Assembly (NCBI GenBank): GCA_947623225.1
Contig: CANQGO010000006.1
Span: 1,732-65,731, forward strand
Length of the DNA stretch: 64,000 nucleotides
Source: an uncultured Clostridia bacterium
Lineage (GTDB): Bacteria > Bacillota > Clostridia > Christensenellales > CAG-314
Reading direction: 5' to 3'
The translations under genes were made by a program, and so were the position numbers. The notes below the pieces were generated by a model. That model had not been told where the DNA came from. It saw nothing but the letters and a program-made list of their open reading frames with translations, and did not search any database. Positions 20,896 to 30,705 of this stretch are shown here, piece after piece (the stretch's first letter is position 1; each line of letters opens with the position of its first letter).

Positions 20896-21014
20896 ATACC
20901 GATATTTTTTGCTATTTGTGTTTTTATATTTATTTCTCTTGAAAAAATATTGAATATAGAGTAAAATATATTATAATTGAAAGTATAGTGCGAGTTTACG
21001 CATTGGAGGGACGT

Positions 21015-22331
21015 GTGAAATATTTCATACACACATACGGTTGCCAGATGAATATCCACGATTCGGAAAAAATCGCCGGGATATTGGAATCGATGGGATA
21101 TACGGTCTGCGACAAGGCGGAGGACGCCGATATCATAGTGTTCAATACCTGTTGCATTCGTGAAACTGCAGAGCAAAAGATATACGGACATATAGGGCTT
21201 GTCAAAAAACTGAAGAGAGAAAAACCCGAACTCATCACAGTGGTGTGCGGTTGCATGTCTCAGCAGGAGGGCGTGGCTGCAAAAATACGGGAAAGCTATC
21301 CGTTTGTGGATATAGTGTTGGGCACGGGTAATCTGAATTTGTTGCAAGACGCCATAGTCGCGGCGCAAAAAAAGAGAAAATTTGTCGACGTGAACTTCAT
21401 GCAATACAAGGAAGAGGACTTCCTTACCTCTCGCACAAGTTACCCTAATGCTTGGGTCAATATAAACTACGGCTGCAACAATTTCTGCACATATTGTATA
21501 GTACCCTACGTGCGCGGAAGAGAACGCAGCAGACGGTCCGAAGATATAATAGCGGAAGTGCGCAACTTGTTGTCAGAGGGATACAAGGAGATCACGTTGC
21601 TCGGACAGAATGTAAATTCCTACGGACACGATCTGGATTCCGACATATCGTTTGCTCAACTTTTACATAAGCTCGGGGCTATGCCCGGCAAGTTCCGCCT
21701 GCGTTTCATGACCTCTCATCCAAAAGATCTGTCTCAGGATGTCATAGACGCAATAGCGGAATATCCCAATATATGCGACAATATCCATCTGCCGGTGCAG
21801 AGCGGCAGTACGGAAATATTGCGTAAAATGAACAGGCACTATACCCGCGACGATTATTTTGCCATTGTGGATAAGATACGCGCGAAATTGCCTGACGTGG
21901 GGATCACTACAGACATAATGGTGGGGTTCCCCGGTGAAACGGAGCAGGATTTCGAAGACACGCTGGACCTTGTGCGTAAGGTAAAGTTCAGCTCGGCATT
22001 TTGCTTCGTATATTCGAGACGAAAAGGTACTCCGGCATACTCTATGGAGCAGATACCTTATGCCGTCAAGAAAAAACGCATCACCGAGCTGATCGCCTGT
22101 CAGAACGAAGTCACCAAGCAGATAAGTCAATATATGGTAGGCAAGCAATATGAGGTGTTGGTGGAGGGCGAGAACTTTCACTACAAGAACACAATGTGCG
22201 GCAGGACGGAGAGCGGCAGGTTAGTTAATTTTCAATGCGATCCGTCTCGTATAGGAGAATTTGTCACGGTCAAGATAGAGCGCGCGAGTTCTGCCACGCT
22301 ATGGGGCAGTATAGTTACGGAGGAAAAATGA
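21015..22331 (+). CDS. miaB: tRNA-2-methylthio-N6-dimethylallyladenosine synthase
   Basis: Has a UPF0004 N-terminal domain (YGCQMN), radical-SAM CNNFCTYC and a TRAM C-terminus. I prefer GTG 21015, which follows a GGAGG SD; the ORF track starts at 20988. Confidence 0.9.
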   Translation: MKYFIHTYGCQMNIHDSEKIAGILESMGYTVCDKAEDADIIVFNTCCIRETAEQKIYGHIGLVKKLKREKPELITVVCGCMSQQEGVAAKIRESYPFVDIVLGTGNLNLLQDAIVAAQKKRKFVDVNFMQYKEEDFLTSRTSYPNAWVNINYGCNNFCTYCIVPYVRGRERSRRSEDIIAEVRNLLSEGYKEITLLGQNVNSYGHDLDSDISFAQLLHKLGAMPGKFRLRFMTSHPKDLSQDVIDAIAEYPNICDNIHLPVQSGSTEILRKMNRHYTRDDYFAIVDKIRAKLPDVGITTDIMVGFPGETEQDFEDTLDLVRKVKFSSAFCFVYSRRKGTPAYSMEQIPYAVKKKRITELIACQNEVTKQISQYMVGKQYEVLVEGENFHYKNTMCGRTESGRLVNFQCDPSRIGEFVTVKIERASSATLWGSIVTEEK

Positions 22332-24925
22332 ACGATAAACTTTCACCAATGATGAAAAACTACTTGCAGACCAAAGAAATGTACAAGGACTGCATCTTGT
22401 TGTACAGGTTGGGCGACTTCTACGAAATGTTTTTTGAGGACGCGGAGAAGGCGAGCAGGATCCTCGATCTGACTCTTACGGGCAAAAATTGCGGATTGGA
22501 CGAACGCGCGCCCATGTGCGGAGTGCCATATCATGCGGTTGATACATATATCGCCAAGTTGATCGCCGCAGGCGAAAAAGTGGCTATATGCGAACAGCTG
22601 AGCGAGCCTAACGGCAGGCAGTTGGTGGACAGAGACGTAGTGCGCGTCATAACTCCCGGAACGGTCATGGACAGCAATATTCTGGACGACAGCAGGAGCA
22701 ATTTCATTGCAACGGTATGCCTTATGTCCGAAAAGATCGGCGTCGCGCTGTGCGATATAACTACCGGTGACGTATTCGCTTCGGAATTTTCCGCCGCTGG
22801 CTATATTAAAGATCTGCAAGAATTCTTGGTAAGTTATAAACCTGCCGAAGTGTTGGCAAATTCAGACGCGATTGCCTTGTCGAGTGAACTCGAATGCGTC
22901 AAGGCGGGCTATATACCGCGGTTCTCCGACTACAACGAAGGTTTTGATAAGCGCGCTGCCAAAGAAAGACTGTTGCAACACTACAAGGTTGCCACGCTGG
23001 ACGGTTTCGGACTGCAAGGAAAGGGCGTCGCGCTGTGTGCGTGCGGTGCCTTGTTGAGTTATCTGCAAGAGACTCAGAAACGCGATCTGCCTCATCTGAA
23101 GCCGATAAAGTATATAGAAAAAAGCAACTATATGTCCATCGACATAAAGACGCGCAGAAATCTCGAATTGACGGTAAGCTATCGCGAAGGGACCAAGAAG
23201 GGCAATCTGCTGTGGCTTTTGAACAAAACGGCAACAGGTATGGGGGCGCGCACTCTTGCAAGCTGGATCGACCGTCCGCTGCAGAAGCCGGCTCAGATAA
23301 ACGCCCGACTGGACGGGGTAGAGGAATTGTACAAAGGGTATCTTGTTCGTTCGGAAATATCCAAGCAGTTGCGCGGATTCAATGATATAGAGCGGCTTTC
23401 GGGCAAGATATCGTATAACAATCTCACGCCCAAAGACTGCATTGCTCTCAGGGATTCGCTGGCTATCTTGCCGCAATTCAAGAATCTGCTTGCCCGCGCA
23501 CAAAGCAAGATCCTGCGAGACATAGATAGCAATATCCACTTGTTGCCCGAGGTGGTCGATCTGATCTCCCGAGCCATCAATCCCGAAGCACCTGCGTTGA
23601 TTAAGGATACTACGGACTATATTCTGCCCGGATACAATGCCGAATTGGATGAGATATACGACCTCGCCAGAAACGGCGGAGCGCGGATATCCGCACTGGA
23701 AGAGTACGAGCGTAACCGTACCGGTATCAAAAATCTGAAACTGGGCTACAACAAAGTATTCGGCTACTACTTCGAAGTGACCAATTCCATGCTGGGAGCG
23801 GTACCTGCCGACTTTATTCGTAAGCAGACTCTGACCAATGGCGAACGCTTTGTAAGCCCCGAACTAAAAGAATTGGAAGAGAAAATGTTGACGGCAATGG
23901 AAAACAAAGTCAAACTGCAAAAGAAGTTGTTTGACGAGTTGCGCAACATGTTGCTGCAGTATATACCGGCAATACAACAGACTGCCAAAGCAATTGCCGC
24001 ACTGGACTGCCTCGTCTCGCTGGCGACTGTAGCACAGACCAATGATTATTGCCGTCCCAAGATAAACACCTCCGCTCGGCTCAACATAGTCGAGGGCAGG
24101 CACCCGATAGTGGAGTGTTATATAAAACGTGAAAATTTCATCGCCAACGACGTCAATCTGGACACGGACGAAAACCGTACAATGATCATCACCGGACCCA
24201 ATATGGCGGGCAAGAGCACCTATATGCGCCAAGTCGCGCTGATCACATTGATGGCGCACATAGGCTCATTCGTCCCTGCCAGGAGTGCCGACATTCCCAT
24301 AGTGGACAAGATATTCACCCGCGTGGGTGCAAATGACGACATTGCCTTCAATCAAAGCACCTTCATGGTGGAGATGGTGGAAGTGGCAAATATATTGAAC
24401 AACGCCACAAAAAACAGTCTCATCATCCTCGACGAAGTAGGACGCGGAACGTCCACCTTCGATGGTCTGTCTATAGCATGGGCAGTCATGGAGTATGTCT
24501 CCAAAAATATCCGTGCAAAAACGCTCTTTTCTACTCACTATCACGAATTGACCGATCTCGAAGGACGTGTGGACGGAGTGAAAAACTACCGCATCACCGT
24601 CAAAGAACTGAACGGTACGGTGGTATTCTTGCACAAGATCGCTCGTGGCGGTGCCAACAAGAGTTTCGGTATAGAAGTGGCTGCACTTGCCGGTGTGCCC
24701 GATGAAGTGTGCGCCAGAGCCAAAGAAATAGTTACGATGCTGGAAAATAGCAATGTAAGTCTGAATCTCGACGAGATAGAACATATAAGCGAGACGCGGC
24801 AAGTAAACAAAACTTCTCGCGAGGTCAGTTCTGTCCTGAGAGATCTCGATATGAACAGGATTTCACCGATAGAGGCATTCGATATTCTTAATACATTGGT
24901 TAAAAAGGTGAAAGAAAATGGGTAA
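22328..24925 (+). CDS. mutS: DNA mismatch repair protein MutS
   Basis: MNDKLSPMMKNYL start, with ATG 22328 overlapping the miaB stop (ATGA). Walker A is GPNMAGKST. The ORF-track start at 22235 is an upstream extension. Confidence 0.95.
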   Translation: MNDKLSPMMKNYLQTKEMYKDCILLYRLGDFYEMFFEDAEKASRILDLTLTGKNCGLDERAPMCGVPYHAVDTYIAKLIAAGEKVAICEQLSEPNGRQLVDRDVVRVITPGTVMDSNILDDSRSNFIATVCLMSEKIGVALCDITTGDVFASEFSAAGYIKDLQEFLVSYKPAEVLANSDAIALSSELECVKAGYIPRFSDYNEGFDKRAAKERLLQHYKVATLDGFGLQGKGVALCACGALLSYLQETQKRDLPHLKPIKYIEKSNYMSIDIKTRRNLELTVSYREGTKKGNLLWLLNKTATGMGARTLASWIDRPLQKPAQINARLDGVEELYKGYLVRSEISKQLRGFNDIERLSGKISYNNLTPKDCIALRDSLAILPQFKNLLARAQSKILRDIDSNIHLLPEVVDLISRAINPEAPALIKDTTDYILPGYNAELDEIYDLARNGGARISALEEYERNRTGIKNLKLGYNKVFGYYFEVTNSMLGAVPADFIRKQTLTNGERFVSPELKELEEKMLTAMENKVKLQKKLFDELRNMLLQYIPAIQQTAKAIAALDCLVSLATVAQTNDYCRPKINTSARLNIVEGRHPIVECYIKRENFIANDVNLDTDENRTMIITGPNMAGKSTYMRQVALITLMAHIGSFVPARSADIPIVDKIFTRVGANDDIAFNQSTFMVEMVEVANILNNATKNSLIILDEVGRGTSTFDGLSIAWAVMEYVSKNIRAKTLFSTHYHELTDLEGRVDGVKNYRITVKELNGTVVFLHKIARGGANKSFGIEVAALAGVPDEVCARAKEIVTMLENSNVSLNLDEIEHISETRQVNKTSREVSSVLRDLDMNRISPIEAFDILNTLVKKVKENG

Positions 24926-26843
24926 AATAAAACTTCTTACTTCATCTGTATACAACAAATTATCTGCAGGTGAAGTAGTGGAAAGACCGGTCGGAGCAGT
25001 AAAAGAACTCGTTGAAAACAGCATCGACTCGGGCGCGAACAAGATCGTAATAGAAGTCGTCAATGGCGGCTTCGATCTGATATCCGTCACCGACAACGGC
25101 TGCGGTATGCAGTCGGATGACATAGAATTGGCATTTGTAAAACATGCCACAAGCAAACTGCGCAGCGTCGAGCAACTTTCCGCTATAGAGACGTTGGGCT
25201 TTCGAGGAGAAGCGTTGTCCAGCATAGCGGCAGTATCAAAAGTGACGATGACGACGCATTTTTGCGACGACGAAATGGGCGTGCAGGTCACTGTGGAGGA
25301 CGGCAAAATAATTGACAGAAAGTTCGTCGCTGCCAACGTCGGCACCAAGATAGAAGTGCGCGATCTGTTCTATAATATGCCCGTTCGAAAAAAATTCCTC
25401 AAAAGTCCCACGTCGGAAGGTAGCGAGATAACCAAATTCGTTTCCAAACTTATACTTACCAACGCTACGCTTGAGATAACATACATATTGGATGGCAAGA
25501 CGGTATATCACACAAACGGCGAGGGGTTGGATGAAGCGATCTTCACCGTATTCGGCTCGAACTATCTGAACAATTGCCTGGAAATAAAAAGCAATATCTC
25601 CGAAGGTATGGTCATAGAAGGGCGTATCGGCACTCCGGAGTATACCAAAGCCAACAGAAACTATCAATGCTTGTCCGTAAACGGCAGAATGATAACGGAT
25701 GCCAATATAACTGCGTCCATCATGCAGGCATACAAGCCTTACCTGATGAAGCATCAATTCCCCGTATATGTCTTGGATCTGACTATACCGTGCGACCTGG
25801 TAGACGTCAATGTCCATCCAAAGAAAAGCGAAGTTCGCTTCGCCAAACCGCAAATGATATGCGGAATGTTTTATCACTGTGTTGAGCATGCGCTGAGCGA
25901 GTATGTGCAAGCGCACGCGGCACAGACATTCTTTGCCGATACTACGGAAGGTGGATCCGAGCAAAATAACTATACTCAGGAAGATCTGTTCGGTGTGATC
26001 AATCAGCTTGCGTCCGAAGGCAATCTGGAGTATATGAACCGCGATCAAATAACGGCAGTGGACCAGATGGAGAAGTCTACCGAAAAGGCCGACATGCAAA
26101 CAAACTATCAGGCACTATTGGATTTCTACGATCAGGAGATGAGCGTCAAAAAAATGCGGATGGCGTACGGAATGGACGAACCGACCGTATCCTCAGTGCA
26201 GCAAGCCCCGCCCACATGGCTGAATCCGATGACGTCCGATACGACGATTACCCCTTCGTTGACAGAAGAAGATATGCTGTTCGACAGGGCGAAGATCCTG
26301 GGAGTGGCATTCACTACCTATTTGCTGCTGGAACTGGATGACAAACTGATCCTCGTAGATCAGCACGCGGCACATGAGCGCATATTGTTTGATAAATTCA
26401 TGGCAAATCCCTCCAAAAACATGCAGCAGGTGCTTTTGCCGTATGTATTCAACGTGCAGGAGGCGGAGAAGGAGTTCATAGAAGAGAATATGCAAAATAT
26501 TCTCGCCGCCGGTATCGAGTTGCAACGATTCGGCGAGAACACATACCGCATAGTCGCAGTCAATACCCTGTTGGCGGACATGGACATGAAGAAATTCGTC
26601 GAGTTTTTGTTGGCGTCGATAGAGGAATACCGACTGGACGATCGCACGCTGATCGTGGAGAAAATGGCTAAAAAGGCCTGCAAGGCAGCCGTCAAAGCGG
26701 GATATACTCTGAATGAATATGAGATCAAATATATTCTCACACAAGTACGAGACAACAAAATAATCCAATGTCCGCACGGCAGACCGGTATTCGTGACATT
26801 TTCCAAGTCGCAACTGGAGAAAATGTTCAAGAGGATAGTCTGA
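24918..26843 (+). CDS. mutL: DNA mismatch repair protein MutL
   Basis: 641 aa with a GHKL ATPase N-terminus (ELVENSIDSGA, GFRGEAL) and the MutL C-terminal dimerisation/endonuclease region. Confidence 0.95.
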   Translation: MGKIKLLTSSVYNKLSAGEVVERPVGAVKELVENSIDSGANKIVIEVVNGGFDLISVTDNGCGMQSDDIELAFVKHATSKLRSVEQLSAIETLGFRGEALSSIAAVSKVTMTTHFCDDEMGVQVTVEDGKIIDRKFVAANVGTKIEVRDLFYNMPVRKKFLKSPTSEGSEITKFVSKLILTNATLEITYILDGKTVYHTNGEGLDEAIFTVFGSNYLNNCLEIKSNISEGMVIEGRIGTPEYTKANRNYQCLSVNGRMITDANITASIMQAYKPYLMKHQFPVYVLDLTIPCDLVDVNVHPKKSEVRFAKPQMICGMFYHCVEHALSEYVQAHAAQTFFADTTEGGSEQNNYTQEDLFGVINQLASEGNLEYMNRDQITAVDQMEKSTEKADMQTNYQALLDFYDQEMSVKKMRMAYGMDEPTVSSVQQAPPTWLNPMTSDTTITPSLTEEDMLFDRAKILGVAFTTYLLLELDDKLILVDQHAAHERILFDKFMANPSKNMQQVLLPYVFNVQEAEKEFIEENMQNILAAGIELQRFGENTYRIVAVNTLLADMDMKKFVEFLLASIEEYRLDDRTLIVEKMAKKACKAAVKAGYTLNEYEIKYILTQVRDNKIIQCPHGRPVFVTFSKSQLEKMFKRIV

Positions 26844-27745
26844 TGAGAACGTTCGTAGGCATAACGGGAACGACTTCCGTCGGCAAATCCGCCGTCGCGG
26901 TGCAACTTGCCAAGCGGCTTGGCACGGAGATCATATCCGCAGACTCCATGCAGGTATACAAAGGCATGGATTTAGGCACAGCCAAGATCACTCCGCAACA
27001 GATGCAAGGCGTCGTGCACCATATGATAGATATCGTGGAGCCTACTGTAGACTTTTCGGCGTATCTCTACCGTCAGGAGGCTTCGCGGATCATAGACGCA
27101 ATGCCCTCCTTGCCCATCGTGGCGGGCGGAACGGGATTTTACTTCGACAGTATATTGTATCCACCGGAATTCGGCTGCGCGACGGCGGAACGCCACGCAG
27201 AACTATGCCGGATATACCAGACGGAAGGACTTGAACCGCTGGTGCGCATGCTGTGCGAAGCGGATCCCGCGTCGGCGAAAATAGTGGACTGTCGCAACTA
27301 CAAACGAGTGATTCGCGCGATAGAAATCGCAGAAAGCGGTCAAAGCCGCGCCGAAGGACACGGGCACACTCGACCGTTGTATGATATGCGACTGTTCGTA
27401 TTGCAACGAAACAGAGCACAACTCTATAGTAACATAGAACACCGGGTGGACGAAATGGTGCAAAACGGACTCGTAGAGGAAGTGCGCTCATTGGTGGCAA
27501 AATACGGATATATACAGACGCCCGCATTCGAGGCAATAGGCTACAAGGAGATGATCTCCTTTTTGAAAAACGATATATCTCTACCCGAAGCAATAGAACA
27601 AGTCAAAATAAACACACGGCACTATGCGAAAAAGCAAATAACCTATTATAAAAGAATGAATGTCGCCGAGTATATCGACGTTGACGGCAAGACATCCGAA
27701 GAAATAGCGGATCACATATACGAAAGAATTAAATCTATTGCGTAA
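26843..27745 (+). CDS. miaA: tRNA dimethylallyltransferase
   Basis: MRTFVGITGTTSVGKS P-loop start overlapping the mutL stop. The ORF-track start at 26768 lies inside mutL. Confidence 0.9.
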   Translation: MRTFVGITGTTSVGKSAVAVQLAKRLGTEIISADSMQVYKGMDLGTAKITPQQMQGVVHHMIDIVEPTVDFSAYLYRQEASRIIDAMPSLPIVAGGTGFYFDSILYPPEFGCATAERHAELCRIYQTEGLEPLVRMLCEADPASAKIVDCRNYKRVIRAIEIAESGQSRAEGHGHTRPLYDMRLFVLQRNRAQLYSNIEHRVDEMVQNGLVEEVRSLVAKYGYIQTPAFEAIGYKEMISFLKNDISLPEAIEQVKINTRHYAKKQITYYKRMNVAEYIDVDGKTSEEIADHIYERIKSIA

Positions 27746-27831
27746 ATATAAATAATTTGTCCACGAAATTACTACAAAAATTGATAAAATAAAGAATACT
27801 ATGTCAGTAATAGTATTTGCAAAGAGGAATA

Positions 27832-29040
27832 ATGAAGGCGGAAATAGCAGAAGCATTGGCAAACACCAAGGAGACTTTCGAAAAACTGGACGAAATCGCT
27901 CTGTACAATCAAAAGAAGGTAATAGAGGCCTTCGGCAAAAATAAAGTGGCACTCAGACACTTCGGCGGAACGAGCGGATATGGATCCGACGACCGGGGAC
28001 GGGAGACGCTCGGAACGGTACTGGCAGACATATTCGAAACGGATAGTGCCATCGTCAGTCCGCTGATAGCGTCAGGAACGGCAGCCATAACCATAGCTCT
28101 GTTCGGCGTATTGAGACCCGGAGATACGGTCTTGTCCGTCACGGGACGTCCTTACGACACGCTGACCGACGTTATATATAAGGAGGGCGTTGGTAGCCTG
28201 GCGGACTTCGGTATATCATTCGAATCCGTCGATATGCAAAACGGAAAGGTGGACTATCCCGCCGTAAAACGGCGTCTGAACGAACAAAATGTGCGGATGG
28301 TCTATATCCAACGTTCACGCGGATACTCATGGCGAAACGCGCTTTCTATAGAGCAAATCGGTGAGATCTGCGCTTTTGTGAAGAAAATTTCGCCTAAAAC
28401 GCTCATTTTCTGCGACAATTGCTACGGGGAATTCGTCGAAAAACAGGAACCGACGGCTGTCGGCGTGGATCTGTGCGCCGGTTCATTTATCAAAAATATC
28501 GGCGGTGGGCTTGCTCCCACGGGCGGATATGCGGCAGGTCGCGCAGATCTTATATCACTTGTCGGAGGTCGACTGACGGCACCTTCCATCGGAATGGAGG
28601 TCGGCAGTTATCAATCAGGCTATAGGCTCTTTTACCAAGGCATATTTATGGCTCCGCATGTTGTAAATCAGGCGTTGAAAATATCCACATTGTTCTCCTA
28701 TATCCTTACTGAGCGGGGATTTGACGTGTTGCCGCGTCCCGGAGATACGCTTGGAGACATTGTGTGCTCGATAAAACTCGGCAATGCCGACAATATGGTC
28801 AAATTTTGCCAGGCAATACAGTCGGTATCGCCCGTGGATGGCTTTGTGAAGCCAGAGCCGTGGACTCAGGCAGGATACTCGGACAAAGTGATCATGGCGG
28901 CGGGCTGCTTTGTGGAAGGCGCGTCCATAGAACTTAGTTGCGACGGACCCATCAGAGAACCTTATACGGTATATTTACAAGGCGGCTTGACGCTCGAGCA
29001 CGGCATTTTGGCACTCGAACGGGTGCTTGAGAGCCTCTGA
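27832..29040 (+). CDS. PLP-dependent YnbB / aluminium-resistance family protein (Cys/Met-metabolism fold)
   Basis: About 402 aa. The N-terminal region FGGTSGYGSDDRGRETL is typical of the YnbB-like family. An AGAGGA SD precedes ATG 27832. Confidence 0.75.
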   Translation: MKAEIAEALANTKETFEKLDEIALYNQKKVIEAFGKNKVALRHFGGTSGYGSDDRGRETLGTVLADIFETDSAIVSPLIASGTAAITIALFGVLRPGDTVLSVTGRPYDTLTDVIYKEGVGSLADFGISFESVDMQNGKVDYPAVKRRLNEQNVRMVYIQRSRGYSWRNALSIEQIGEICAFVKKISPKTLIFCDNCYGEFVEKQEPTAVGVDLCAGSFIKNIGGGLAPTGGYAAGRADLISLVGGRLTAPSIGMEVGSYQSGYRLFYQGIFMAPHVVNQALKISTLFSYILTERGFDVLPRPGDTLGDIVCSIKLGNADNMVKFCQAIQSVSPVDGFVKPEPWTQAGYSDKVIMAAGCFVEGASIELSCDGPIREPYTVYLQGGLTLEHGILALERVLESL

Positions 29041-29163
29041 GTACAACTTTTACGCCGAAATACGGCTTTGTAAAGCAATTTTGACATGATCGTAAAACTT
29101 TTTTGGTAGAAAATCACGGACGAATGTAATATAATCCTCAAAAAATAGTTTAGGAGGGTTACT

Positions 29164-29370
29164 GTGAAACGATATTACGTTCTTGCCGTATTGGCGGCCA
29201 TTCTGATCGCCGTAGCGTGCATCGTACATGTTACGATTGCTTACATTAGCATTTTGAATTCAGCCTCAAGTGCGCCGGCTTCGGTGGCATTTTTGATTGC
29301 AATTCCGTATGCTTTGGCGGATTTGGCCGCGATCGTAGTCGCAATTATCTTAAAAAAGAGGGTAAAATGA
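29164..29370 (+). CDS. small two-TM membrane protein
   Basis: 68 aa with a GTG start 7 nt after AGGAGG and two hydrophobic helices. Its stop overlaps the next start (ATGA). Confidence 0.5.
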   Translation: MKRYYVLAVLAAILIAVACIVHVTIAYISILNSASSAPASVAFLIAIPYALADLAAIVVAIILKKRVK

Positions 29371-29993
29371 TTCAATTTGGGCAAAAACTTGCACAGTTGA
29401 GAGAAGGCAAGTGCCTTTCTCAAGAGCAACTTGCAGAGCAGTTGGGAGTTTCCCGCCAAACGATCTCCAATTGGGAAAACGACAAGGTAAGTCCCGACGT
29501 GAATATGGCTGCACAAATCTGCCGTTTTTTCGGTGTGGACATGAACGCCTTGTTTTTGGCCGACGACGGATCGACCACGGTAAACTCGGACACTCAAGGC
29601 AAGACGCAAGCGACTGCACAAAAAACGAACAGCATAGAAGTCAATCTGGGTATCTGGAAAACGTCTTTAGTGATAAGTATTGTTATGTGCATCGTGTTTG
29701 CCGCCTTGACGATTTTGGCAGCATGCCTACTTGCCGACAATGCACAAGGCGAAATAAACAGCACATTGGAACTAGGCAAGGACGCCTCCGGCTCGGCGTT
29801 TTCATCGACACTTTCCGTAAAATCCATTTTGACCATTGCAGGGCTTTGCTTTGCAGGTGCCGCAACGGTTTTCTCGGCGGTGATGCTGATCATATCTGCC
29901 ATAATGTATCAACGCTGCAAAAAGGCAATAGAGTGCCTCTCCGAGCCTAAGCAAAAGCGTGATGCAAGCGACAAAGTCGAAGAGACAGAATAA
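29367..29993 (+). CDS. membrane-anchored XRE-family HTH transcriptional regulator
   Basis: 208 aa with an N-terminal Cro/C1 HTH (LSQEQLAEQLGVSRQTISNWENDKVSP) and two predicted C-terminal TM helices. Confidence 0.75.
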   Translation: MIQFGQKLAQLREGKCLSQEQLAEQLGVSRQTISNWENDKVSPDVNMAAQICRFFGVDMNALFLADDGSTTVNSDTQGKTQATAQKTNSIEVNLGIWKTSLVISIVMCIVFAALTILAACLLADNAQGEINSTLELGKDASGSAFSSTLSVKSILTIAGLCFAGAATVFSAVMLIISAIMYQRCKKAIECLSEPKQKRDASDKVEETE

Positions 29994-30329
29994 ATCATTG
30001 AGGGTCGCTTTTGGATAAAAAATAACGTGGCAGAATTTTTTAATACGGAACCATTAAAGATCGACAAGAGAATTTGGGCAATTCGAGGAAAGTCTCGAAA
30101 TGCTCATTTTTTTATTTGATAAAATTTTAGGACATTTCAGCAGTGCTTATCTGGATAAGGTTTTAAAGCAATTTAATAATGGCTTTGATTATCCAAAATT
30201 AGTCCGGCACATTATGGATATTGAGTAAAAAACTGACCTTCAAAATGACGTTCTGACTGAATGTGCCCGGCGGTCACGGAAAAAAAAGGAGTTATTGAAG
30301 GGCAAAATTTTGCCGGAACCGCTCTTTTT

Positions 30330-30375
30330 GCACATATCTATTCGCAAAAGTTGCCTTTTGCGAATAGATATGTGC
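30330..30375. repeat. perfect 21-bp-arm inverted repeat (4-nt loop)
   Basis: GCACATATCTATTCGCAAAAG-ttgc-CTTTTGCGAATAGATATGTGC. It is flanked by the smaller palindromes GGCAAAATTTTGCC (30301-30314) and GTGTG..CACAC (30378-30394). Confidence 0.9.
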
Positions 30376-30529
30376 TTGTGTGAAGTCTCCACACAAAATA
30401 ATCCGCACCACCGCGGCGCGTCGTTGAAATGCCGTCCCGGGGAATAACACAGCTGAAAATTTTGCGAAATTGCCATGAACACCGCTGTCATGACGCGCCA
30501 AGCGGTCTGTTCTAAAGAGCACATTACGC

Positions 30530-30558
30530 TTGATTAAAAGGTATATGTATGTTATAAT
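30530..30558 (+). promoter_or_regulatory. sigma-A type promoter (TTGATT-17-TATAAT) upstream of the TIR gene
   Basis: Consensus -10 and near-consensus -35 with a 17-nt spacer. This implies a leader of about 140 nt before ATG 30706. Confidence 0.55.
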
Positions 30559-30705
30559 TGTAATAGTTATGCCAAGGCGGACGCACGACTGCTCTGCGGC
30601 TATCACAAACTGCTACATTAAACTATGCGTAAACTAGCATAGAAAACGGATCATCGCGGTAAATGCACCGCCATTCTTGCAAATCGCAAAGGAGGTTATT
30701 GACAA

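Noticed and set aside
27746-27831. Absence of hfq after miaA
   Set aside because: Many Firmicutes have miaA-hfq. Here the gap is only about 85 nt and no Hfq-like ORF exists in the window. Absence within one window says nothing about the genome, so this is not reported as a finding.
30240-30606. Two overlapping minus-strand ORFs (94 and 104 aa) upstream of the TIR gene
   Set aside because: They overlap each other and the long palindrome, and have no SD. Their translations look random. I treat the region as non-coding or decayed.
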